Notes under the pieces: generated by a model
Databases searched by the model: none
Seen by the model: only the letters and a program-made list of their open reading frames with translations
What the model was told of the DNA's origin: nothing
Shown: positions 56,694 through 64,000 of the stretch, in pieces
Layout of the letters: every line of letters starts with the position of its first letter
How positions within the stretch are numbered: the stretch's first letter is position 1
Program-made: the position numbers and the translations under genes
DNA from: an uncultured Clostridia bacterium
GTDB taxonomy: Bacteria > Bacillota > Clostridia > Christensenellales > Borkfalkiaceae
Reading direction: 5' to 3'
Assembly: GCA_947175485.1 (NCBI GenBank)
Contig: CAMWMZ010000002.1
Coordinates: 3,092 to 67,091, forward strand
Length of the DNA stretch: 64,000 nt

Positions 56694-58046
56694 TTATTTG
56701 CAACCGTTTACAAACCTGACGGCGCAATTTAAAAGCGCTTCGCGTTCGTTCGCGACGTGAGCCAAAGCACATTCATAAAGCAAAAATTCAAGCGTTTCAC
56801 CTATTCGCGCTTTTTCCACCCCCGCGCTAATCAAATCTCCGCCTTTTACCGCAAGCTCTTTTAAAGTGAGCGGCGCGCCCTCTTTTTTCATATCACCGAG
56901 AATTGCGCGCATTTTCACAACCGTAGGCGCGGGTGACAGATCGTCTTTGCAAGCGGAATAATCGGCTTGCTTTAAAAGCATAAGCTCTTCGAAATATTCG
57001 TAATTTTTAACTATAAAGCGACGTACTTTACTTTCTTTGGTTTTGCAGTCCAAATCGTACATATGAAGCCCGACGAGAGCGGAAACCTTTTCCGCAAACT
57101 TTTTGGGAACACGTAAACGGGCACATATATCAAGGGCAATTCTTGCCCCCTCTGTATCGTGATTATGATACTTTCCGTAATTTATCATACAATACGGCTT
57201 GCCCGCGTCGTGCAAAAGAGCGGCAAGGCGGATTGATTTATCCGCATATTTTACCGAGCGGAATGTATGCTCCAAAACGTCGTGATTGTGAAAATCGGCG
57301 CGCTGCTGCATTTTATCGCCTACCGCAAGCTCGGGCAGGATAAAGGCGAGCACTCCGCTTTCTTTAAGAATTTTAAGACCTTCGTATTGCGCGCCTTTTA
57401 TACCGTATTTCAAATCCGCGTTGAGAATGCCGTTAAGCTCTGAATATATCCTTTCGGGAGCTATGTCCGAAATAAGACGCGCGTTGTTTTTTGCGCCTTG
57501 CATACAATCCTTATCGGGCTTAAATCCCGTTTGAGCGGCGATACGCGCAAGACGCATAAGCCGCAGCCCGTCTTCCCCGAAAACCTTATCCGCTGCCGCC
57601 ACGGTTGACAGTTTTTTTGCTTTTATATCGGCTATACCGCCGAGCGGGTCATTAAATTGACCCGCATATATGTCGTAGTAAACGGCGTTGCACTTAAAAT
57701 CGCGGCGGCGCGCGTCAAGGGAAATATCGTTTGTAAAAAACGTTTTATACGGGGTATGAACGCCGCGGATATACTCGTCGGAGCGGAAAGAGGAAAACTC
57801 GTACTCCTCCCCGTTCTTTTCTATTTTTACCGTACCCGTGTGTTTGTATACGGCGTTTATTTTAAAACCCGCAGATTTTGCGCGGGATATAAAATCGCCC
57901 GTATCTGCGGGGGCGCATATATCGCAATCGGGCTTTTCGGTTTTAAGTCCGCCGAGGAAATCACGCACTCTTCCGCCTACCACGTATAAAGGATACGGAC
58001 AGATTTCCGCAAGGGATATTAAATTTTGCGAAAGAACGTTTTTCAT
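56694..58046 (-). CDS. cca: CCA-adding tRNA nucleotidyltransferase (PolyA-pol head plus HD domain)
   Basis: 450 aa with YVVGGRVRDFLGG, the ..D.D.C.. head motif, RRDF(K)CNA(V)YY and the HD region LLHDAGKP. Confidence 0.85.
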   Translation of the reverse strand: MKNVLSQNLISLAEICPYPLYVVGGRVRDFLGGLKTEKPDCDICAPADTGDFISRAKSAGFKINAVYKHTGTVKIEKNGEEYEFSSFRSDEYIRGVHTPYKTFFTNDISLDARRRDFKCNAVYYDIYAGQFNDPLGGIADIKAKKLSTVAAADKVFGEDGLRLMRLARIAAQTGFKPDKDCMQGAKNNARLISDIAPERIYSELNGILNADLKYGIKGAQYEGLKILKESGVLAFILPELAVGDKMQQRADFHNHDVLEHTFRSVKYADKSIRLAALLHDAGKPYCMINYGKYHNHDTEGARIALDICARLRVPKKFAEKVSALVGLHMYDLDCKTKESKVRRFIVKNYEYFEELMLLKQADYSACKDDLSPAPTVVKMRAILGDMKKEGAPLTLKELAVKGGDLISAGVEKARIGETLEFLLYECALAHVANEREALLNCAVRFVNGCK

Positions 58047-58135
58047 TAAAACTATTATATAATATTTTTTAAGTTATTGCAATTTAAATTAATTTGATAT
58101 ATAATAAAGGTAAATTTTACATTGAGAGAATAAAA

Positions 58136-59017
58136 GTGCATTACATTATCGTCAGTGAAGCGCGCCTTACGCGGAAAGGGAGCAAAAAGCTCAAAGACGT
58201 TGAAAACGTTTTTAAAAAAGCGGGCATACAATACGAAATTGTTAAAACCCTTGATAAAGGCGACGCGAAAGCGGCTACGGAAAGGATTACTTTGCAAAGC
58301 GGCGAAAACGCGATTATCACTATGGGCGGCGACGGAACTTTGCACGATATAATAAACGGCTTTAAAAGCTTTGAAAATTGCAGCCTCGGGCTTATACCCT
58401 TCGGCACGGGAAACGATTTCGCCGCGACTGCCGGCATACCCAAAAACCATAAAAAAGCGGCGGAGATAATCGCTTACGGAAAACCGCGCAACATCGATTT
58501 TATAGAGCTTGCTTCGGGATTGCGTTCGATTAATTCCGTGGGTATGGGCATAGACGTAGACGTATTGCAACGCACATACGCCGCGAATAAAAGGGGCAAA
58601 GGCAAATATCTGCGTTCCTTGATATCCTCTTTAATTCATTTCAAGAGCTGTAATTTCACAGTGGAATACGGCGGGAAAGAGGAAAAGCATTTCGGGCTGA
58701 TAGCGGCGCTGGGCAACGGCAAGCAGTTCGGGGGAGGAATTAAGCTTTTCCCCGACGCAAAGCTTGACGACGGATATTTAGACCTTTTTATGGTGGATTA
58801 CATATCAAAGCCCAAAATGATAGGAGCTTTTTTAAAGCTTATGCGCGGCAAGGTTAACAAAATAAAGAACGTGACGATAGTAAAAACAAAAGCCGCAAAA
58901 TTTTATAACGAAAGCGAAAATTATTATATTCAGGCAGAGGGCGAGCTTTACAAAAACGTGCCTATAGACGCACACATAGTTGAAGGCAAGCTCAGATTTT
59001 ATTTACCGACCGATTAG
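58136..59017 (+). CDS. Diacylglycerol/lipid kinase family protein (YegS/DagK-like)
   Basis: It has the motifs IITMGGDGTLHDIINGF and GLIPFGTGNDFA. I prefer the GTG start at 58136 (GAGAG 7 nt upstream); the track uses TTG at 58094. Confidence 0.8.
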   Translation: MHYIIVSEARLTRKGSKKLKDVENVFKKAGIQYEIVKTLDKGDAKAATERITLQSGENAIITMGGDGTLHDIINGFKSFENCSLGLIPFGTGNDFAATAGIPKNHKKAAEIIAYGKPRNIDFIELASGLRSINSVGMGIDVDVLQRTYAANKRGKGKYLRSLISSLIHFKSCNFTVEYGGKEEKHFGLIAALGNGKQFGGGIKLFPDAKLDDGYLDLFMVDYISKPKMIGAFLKLMRGKVNKIKNVTIVKTKAAKFYNESENYYIQAEGELYKNVPIDAHIVEGKLRFYLPTD

Positions 59018-59019
59018 CA

Positions 59020-60087
59020 ATGACCGAAAAATATTTAAGGCGGGTTCTGGACAACCTTAAAACGGCTGTCGTAGTCGCCGACCAAAACTTAAAAGCGGTG
59101 TTTTCCAACCGCGCTTTCAAAAATCTTTTTCCCGACGGAAGCCCGAGAGGCAAGCTCGGGAAAATTACTGCGTGCGCGCAATGTGAAAAGGATTGCGGCG
59201 GAGACGGTTGCCGCGGCTGCGCGCTTTCGGACGCGTTCGAGGACGCATTTCTTTCAAACAAGGAAACGGGGCGGAGAATATTCCAACGGGTTAAGAGCGG
59301 CAACAGCGTGCACGAGGTAGCTTATTCCATTACCGTTACCCCTATCGGCGGCGGGCTGTGCATGGGCGCCGTGGACGACGCGTTCGAGCTTGAAATTGCG
59401 CGCGAGCTGCAAACGGCGAAAAATATACAGCAGCGTTTACTGCCCGCAGGCAAATGGGCGGGCGGCAAAAAGTACTCCTATATGTATATTCCCTGCCGCG
59501 ATATCGGCGGCGATTTGCCCGACGTTTACACATGCGGAGGCGACGCGTGCGGAATGATTGCGGACGTTTCGGGCAAGGGGATTTCCGCGGGAATGCTTTC
59601 CGCGTTTGTAAAAGCGGCCTATAATAAAAACGCGCCCTCCCCCGCCGAAGCTATAAAGAGCCTGAGCGCAAAATTCCGCGAGCTCAATCTTGACGAAAGA
59701 AATTATGTTACGGTTGCCGCCGTTAAGATAGACGGCGAAAATATAACATATTCTATGGCGGGGCACAACGTGCCGCTTTTGCTAAAATCGGGAAACGGGA
59801 TAACGCGGGTTATACTTAATTCCCCGCCCGTATCAAACTGGTTTGAAAACCCCGCGTATTTCGACGATACACTGCCTTATAAAAAAGGGGATATACTTGT
59901 TCTTTTAACGGACGGCGTGACGGAATGTAAAAACGGCAGGGGCGAAATGTTCGGCGTTGAAAAGGTTGTCAGAACGCTTTCCACCGCGCGCACTGCCGAC
60001 GATTTTATTAAATCGCTCGAAGATAATCTGCGCGGATTTTGCAGCGATTTAAACGACGATATAACCGCAATCGCTTTCGATTTGTAA
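59020..60087 (+). CDS. PP2C/SpoIIE-family serine phosphatase with an N-terminal PAS-like, cysteine-cluster sensor domain
   Basis: 355 aa. The junction helix LEIARELQTAKNIQQRLLP and the motifs GGD..D, DVSGKGI.AG, GHN.P.LL and LLTDGVTE are typical of RsbU/SpoIIE phosphatases. The N-terminus has CAQCEKDCGGDGCRGC. It starts 2 nt after the lipid-kinase stop. Confidence 0.8.
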   Translation: MTEKYLRRVLDNLKTAVVVADQNLKAVFSNRAFKNLFPDGSPRGKLGKITACAQCEKDCGGDGCRGCALSDAFEDAFLSNKETGRRIFQRVKSGNSVHEVAYSITVTPIGGGLCMGAVDDAFELEIARELQTAKNIQQRLLPAGKWAGGKKYSYMYIPCRDIGGDLPDVYTCGGDACGMIADVSGKGISAGMLSAFVKAAYNKNAPSPAEAIKSLSAKFRELNLDERNYVTVAAVKIDGENITYSMAGHNVPLLLKSGNGITRVILNSPPVSNWFENPAYFDDTLPYKKGDILVLLTDGVTECKNGRGEMFGVEKVVRTLSTARTADDFIKSLEDNLRGFCSDLNDDITAIAFDL

Positions 60088-60139
60088 AGGCAGTAAAAAA
60101 TTCAGACTGCAACCGAATTTTTGTTTATTATAACAATTA

Positions 60140-60180
60140 AAAAACACGCGCCGCGGCTAAAAGCCGCGGCGCGATTTGCT
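60140..60180. terminator. Intrinsic terminator (strong for the reverse-strand two-component operon, weaker for the PP2C gene)
   Basis: 11-bp GC stem CGCGCCGCGGC (60147-60157) / GCCGCGGCGCG (60163-60173). The reverse strand continues TGTTTTTTAATTG. Confidence 0.8.
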
Positions 60181-60202
60181 TTATTTAAGGCATATTGCGG
60201 GG

Positions 60203-60841
60203 TTAAATTATTTTTTTAATCTTTTCAACAGCGGCGGCTCTGCCGTCGGCGCCGAGCTTCAAATATATCGAGCTTATATAATTCCTTGCCGTTCCGTCGG
60301 AAAGCTTTAATGCCGTTGCTATTTGTCTGTTGGTAAATCCGTCGTAAAGCATAAGAGCTATTTCCACCTCTCTTTCCGAAAGGTTGAACGCTTTTTTCAG
60401 CTTGTATTCTTTATCCGCGGAAACCATAACGGCGGCGTCGGTAATTTTTTTGGCTATTTTAGCAGGCAATATCGTGTCGCCTGCATAAGCGTTTTTTACC
60501 GCGTCGATCAAAGCGGTTGCGCCGATATCTTTTAAAAGATATCCGCTTGCGCCGTTGTTGATTGCACTTAAAATATAGTCGCTGTCGTCAAACGTTGTTA
60601 AAATTATAATTTTGATATTTTCATCTATTTCTTTGATGCGCTTTGTTGCCGCCACGCCGTTCATATTAGGCATACGTATATCCATAAGCACGACGTCGGG
60701 CTTTGCTTCGGCGCATTTTTCTATTGCGCGCGCTCCGTCGGACGCAATACCTATGACGGATAATTCACCCGAAGTTTCCAAAACGGATTTTATACCTTCC
60801 GCCAAAATCTGCTGATCGTCAACCAATAAAACCTTAATCAC
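60203..60841 (-). CDS. NarL/LuxR-family response regulator
   Basis: 212 aa with a receiver domain (LLVDDQ...DVVLMDIRMP) and a C-terminal LuxR HTH (LSEREVEIALMLYDGFTNRQIATALKLSDGTARNYISSIYLKLG). Confidence 0.9.
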   Translation of the reverse strand: MIKVLLVDDQQILAEGIKSVLETSGELSVIGIASDGARAIEKCAEAKPDVVLMDIRMPNMNGVAATKRIKEIDENIKIIILTTFDDSDYILSAINNGASGYLLKDIGATALIDAVKNAYAGDTILPAKIAKKITDAAVMVSADKEYKLKKAFNLSEREVEIALMLYDGFTNRQIATALKLSDGTARNYISSIYLKLGADGRAAAVEKIKKII

Positions 60842-62066
60842 GGTTTTTTCCTCCGTTTGAGAGTATTATTTTTATTTCGAAGCCTTCTCCTTCCTCGCTT
60901 GAAAATTCAAAGCGGCCGCCAAGCTTTTCAACCTTTTCCCGTATACCTCTTAGCCCAAAGCCTTCCTTCGCCCCGCCGCATACGCCGCAGCCGTTATCGG
61001 AAACAAGCAGGCTGAACCCGTCCCCCGAGCTTTTCAGCTCTATATAAAACGCGGTTGCCTTACCGTGGCGGATACCGTTGGAAAGCAGCTCCTTTACGCT
61101 GTTGACGATAAAGCGGTGGATATCTTCATCGGGCTGGATTTCGTCGAAATCGAAACGCGCCTTAATATCAGTACCGTCGATAGTTTGCGCGATTACCTCC
61201 TCCAACTCGTCTTTAAGCGGCTTAATTTTACCGCGCCCTGCAAGCAGGTGGACGCTTTCCCTCATTTGTTCGAGAGCGTTGCGAGCCTGAACGTTTGCCG
61301 AGATTATTCTGTTTTTCGCTTCTGCGGGGTTATCTTCTATTAAAAGCTTTGCCGCTTCCGTCTGCATTATAACGGTAGTCATAGAATGCCCCGCGGTATC
61401 GTGGATTTCCCTTGCGATGCGGTTGCGCTCTTCAAACACCTTGGTCTGGGTAAGCTGTTCGTATACTTCTTCAAGCTGAGCGCGGCTTTCGTCCGCCTCT
61501 TTCAAAGCCGCACGGAGTTCGAGGTTGGTGCGGTAAAATTTAAGCAAAAACAAGACGATTACGTAATCCAAGACTATTGCCAAAAGTCCGAACAAAACGC
61601 CGGAAAGTATTTCAACAAGGCTGTTATATACCGTTGCTTCGGGGTTGCCGATAATCCAGCCGACCACGAACGACACGCTGAAAAGCCCGCAGCTTATGCC
61701 GAAAAGTATGGTTTTATCCCTGAACCTTTCCACGGAGAGATAGCATTGCGTTAAAACGATACAATAGAGTATTGAAAGATAAGAATTACCCGTAAGTATA
61801 CAGATAACGAGCAGGAGCGCGGAATCCAGACCGTAGAAAACCATTTTCGCCGCAAAATTTTTTATGACGAACGCGTTGACCGCTTCGAGCACGATAAGAA
61901 GCACGCAGCAGATAATAGTTATAGAGAAGCTGTAAACTATTATAATTTTGCCGAAGGTCTGGGCGCAGATTACGATTTCTATGGCAACCAGAAGCAAAAC
62001 GAGCAACAGTTTTATATAATCTATCAATTTGCGGGAAGTTATATCTATTTTGAAGTTGTTTGCCAT
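60834..62066 (-). CDS. Sensor histidine kinase, HisKA_3 (NarX/LiaS/DesK-like) type
   Basis: 410 aa with about 5-6 TM helices, the H-box RIAREIHDTAGHSMT and the HATPase motifs (NGIRHG, DNGCG, G.GL.G). It overlaps the regulator start by 8 nt. Confidence 0.85.
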   Translation of the reverse strand: MANNFKIDITSRKLIDYIKLLLVLLLVAIEIVICAQTFGKIIIVYSFSITIICCVLLIVLEAVNAFVIKNFAAKMVFYGLDSALLLVICILTGNSYLSILYCIVLTQCYLSVERFRDKTILFGISCGLFSVSFVVGWIIGNPEATVYNSLVEILSGVLFGLLAIVLDYVIVLFLLKFYRTNLELRAALKEADESRAQLEEVYEQLTQTKVFEERNRIAREIHDTAGHSMTTVIMQTEAAKLLIEDNPAEAKNRIISANVQARNALEQMRESVHLLAGRGKIKPLKDELEEVIAQTIDGTDIKARFDFDEIQPDEDIHRFIVNSVKELLSNGIRHGKATAFYIELKSSGDGFSLLVSDNGCGVCGGAKEGFGLRGIREKVEKLGGRFEFSSEEGEGFEIKIILSNGGKNRD

Positions 62067-62166
62067 ACTTTTACTTATTTTTCACCGTAATTTTGTCTTA
62101 ATTCATTTTACCATAAATAAAAAAAAGTGTATAATGATTTTACTGATTTTTTTAAAAGGCTTTAAA

Positions 62167-63411
62167 ATGACGGAAGAAATTATAAGGCATATATCCGAAA
62201 TTATTAAATTTAATTCATCACAAGCACCCGCGGAAGACGGAGCGCCGTTCGGAAAGGGTGCGAGACAGGCTTTAGACTATTTTTTAGACCTTGCCGACAG
62301 AATGGGATTTGAAACGGCGAATTACGACGGATACGCCGGCGAAGTTGTTTTCGGCGAAGGCGAAGAATTTGCCGTATTAGCGCATCTTGACGTGGTTCCC
62401 GCCGGCAACGGCTGGACGCACGAGCCTTTCGGCGGGGAAATAGATACCGCCAACCGCCGCATTTGGGGCAGAGGCGCAATGGACGATAAAGGCCCCGCGG
62501 TTTGCTCGCTTTTTGCTTTGAAAGCTTTAAAAGACGAAGGCTTTAAGCCGAAAAGAAAGATAAAGCTTATTGTTGGCTGCAACGAAGAAAGCGGCTGGGG
62601 ATGCATAGATTATTACAAAGCGCACGCACATATGCCCGACGAGGGGATTTCCCCCGACGCCGATTTCCCCGTGATTTACGCTGAAAAGGGTATTTTACAT
62701 TTGCGCATGCACTTCCCCTCCGCAGGCGATTTCAGCGGCTTGCGCGGCGGCGAAAGGGCGAATATGGTTTGCGATTATTGCGAGGTTGTTGCCAAAGCTG
62801 ACAGCGCAAAGCTTGAAAAATACGGTTTGACCGCCGAGAACGGAAAAATAGTTTCCCGCGGGAAATCCGCACACGGTTCAACCCCCGACGAGGGCGAAAA
62901 CGCTATTTTACGCGTTTTAGAATATCTGGGTTTGGAAAACGTGAAAAACGCGCTGTTCGGAAATTGCTTCGGATTGAAAGAGCTGCACGACGAAACGGGA
63001 TATCTCACTTTTTCTCCAAACGTCATTTCCCAAAACGGAAACGAAATATCGGTTATATGCGACGTACGCTACCCCGCCACTTATAAAAAAGAAAACGTAT
63101 TGGAATTAATCGACGCGGGCGGCGTTAAATACGAGATAATATCGGAGCAAGCACCGCTGTTTAACGACAAGAATTGTTTTCTTATCAAAACCTTATGTTC
63201 GGTATATAACGAGGTTACCGGAAAGAACGTTAAGCCGGTTGCAATCGGCGGCGGAACTTATGCGCGGGCTTTAAAATGCGGCGCGGCTTTCGGGCCTGAA
63301 GAGGCGGGCGAAGAGAATACGATACACCAGGCGAACGAATACATCACGTTTGAAAAAATAGAAAAGTGCTTTAAAATTTATAAGCTTGCTTTAAAAAGGC
63401 TGACGGAATAA
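62167..63411 (+). CDS. pepV: M20-family dipeptidase (PepV/Sapep-like)
   Basis: Start at MTEEIIRHISEII (ATG 62167); the track ORF is extended 46 codons back into the kinase gene. It has the motifs LAHLDVVP.G.GW, GRGAMDDKGP and GCNEESG. Confidence 0.8.
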   Translation: MTEEIIRHISEIIKFNSSQAPAEDGAPFGKGARQALDYFLDLADRMGFETANYDGYAGEVVFGEGEEFAVLAHLDVVPAGNGWTHEPFGGEIDTANRRIWGRGAMDDKGPAVCSLFALKALKDEGFKPKRKIKLIVGCNEESGWGCIDYYKAHAHMPDEGISPDADFPVIYAEKGILHLRMHFPSAGDFSGLRGGERANMVCDYCEVVAKADSAKLEKYGLTAENGKIVSRGKSAHGSTPDEGENAILRVLEYLGLENVKNALFGNCFGLKELHDETGYLTFSPNVISQNGNEISVICDVRYPATYKKENVLELIDAGGVKYEIISEQAPLFNDKNCFLIKTLCSVYNEVTGKNVKPVAIGGGTYARALKCGAAFGPEEAGEENTIHQANEYITFEKIEKCFKIYKLALKRLTE

Positions 63412-63415
63412 CATT

Positions 63416-64000
63416 ATGGCGAAAGACAAGGCAAAAAGACTGAGCAAAAAAATAATAGCTTTGATTGTATGCGGCGCTATACTCGGCGCTATACTTCTTT
63501 CATGCCTTGCAGTACAAATCGGGCATTGGGTTTCAGACGGTATTCAAAGCTGGCGCCCGGATTATGAGCAAATCGAGATTATGCCCATTTTAAATAAGGC
63601 GGAGCTTACGGAAGAAGATTACGGAATTTTATACAAACAAACAGGACTGACTAAGGTTGGGATTGACAGAGCATTGGCAAAAGGCAAAGAAGGAAAACAG
63701 CGCATACTTAAAATACAGCAAGACTTTTTCGGTGAATACGTTATAGCAAACGAAACCTTTGCGCCCTGGTTTTGCACAGATTATATAGAGGGGCACAAAC
63801 ACATATCAACCGTATATCTTGAAAACAGTGATATTTTTGTTACCTCCTCCACTCATTTTTCAAGCTGCCGTATAGGACACGCCGGACTTGTGACAGATGC
63901 GAAATACGGAAACGTTTTGCAAGCTAATTCTTACTCTCAGCCGAGCAAAATCGGAAAGACTTCTGACTTTACCGACCGTGTGAATTTTATGATTTTGCGC
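63416..64000 (+). CDS. Signal-anchored hypothetical protein, N-terminal 195 codons (runs off the right edge); possibly a permuted papain-like/NlpC-type amidase
   Basis: Not in the ORF track (no stop). My translation from ATG 63416: MAKDKAKRLSKKIIALIVCGAILGAILLSCLAV...YLENSDIFVTSSTHFSSCRIGHAGLVTD...RVNFMILR. The frame is open to base 64000. The motif GD(I)(F/L)VT....(W/C)R.GHAG(L/I)V hints only weakly at a YiiX/NlpC-like fold. Confidence 0.5.
   Translation, partial: MAKDKAKRLSKKIIALIVCGAILGAILLSCLAVQIGHWVSDGIQSWRPDYEQIEIMPILNKAELTEEDYGILYKQTGLTKVGIDRALAKGKEGKQRILKIQQDFFGEYVIANETFAPWFCTDYIEGHKHISTVYLENSDIFVTSSTHFSSCRIGHAGLVTDAKYGNVLQANSYSQPSKIGKTSDFTDRVNFMILR

Noticed and set aside
62029-62166. 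46-codon N-terminal extension of the PepV-like ORF
   Set aside because: The extension overlaps the histidine-kinase start region on the other strand. It is hydrophobic and low-complexity, and the M20 homology begins at MTEEIIRHI (ATG 62167).

Overview
This 64-kb chromosomal window reads like a moderate-GC Bacillota (Clostridia-type) genome. It has TTGACA-17-TATAAT promoters, GGAGG-type ribosome-binding sites, and GC-rich hairpin plus T-run terminators that often serve convergent genes. The backbone is core housekeeping: a ParE/ParC-type topoisomerase pair, ligA, pcrA, rpsU, rpoB-rpoC, rqcP, ispDF, radA, yggS, rpsF-ssb-rpsR, cca, tRNA-Leu(UAG), an NfeD-flotillin pair, a MacB-type ABC exporter, a NarL-type two-component system and a PepV-like dipeptidase. 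Between these sit envelope and surface genes: two BspA-LRR/Listeria-Bacteroides-repeat proteins, a 1,952-aa anchored giant protein, a Wzy_C/O-antigen-ligase-family protein, a DUF368 protein and a DUF3592 pair. There are also three visibly AT-rich accessory islets. I saw no CRISPR array, rRNA, integrase, transposase, reverse transcriptase or recognisable toxin or defence gene. Three loci look most like unexplained systems. (i) At 39.1-47.2 kb, the orphan giant repeat protein lies next to a truncated, catalytically altered phosphoglycosyl-transferase-like gene and a divergent Wzy_C gene, with palindromic TGACA/TGTCA sites in the shared control region. (ii) At 51.4-53.6 kb, an AT-rich islet carries four HTH-only XRE mini-regulators (two from a near-perfect 222-bp duplication), each end forming an operator-embedded divergent cassette with a small unknown protein or lipoprotein. 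(iii) At 21.0-22.2 kb, a tRNA-Leu-adjacent islet holds one orphan 238-aa gene, an attenuator-like leader and a cluster of tRNA 3'-end-like fragments. Other notable items are a frameshifted, truncated cat (chloramphenicol acetyltransferase) remnant, a roughly 250-nt promoter-to-terminator leader in front of a surface-protein gene, RpoB with a roughly 90-aa insertion and a long poly-acidic tail, and a PP2C phosphatase with a five-cysteine cluster in its sensor domain. All family assignments rest on motif recognition by eye; no searches were run.
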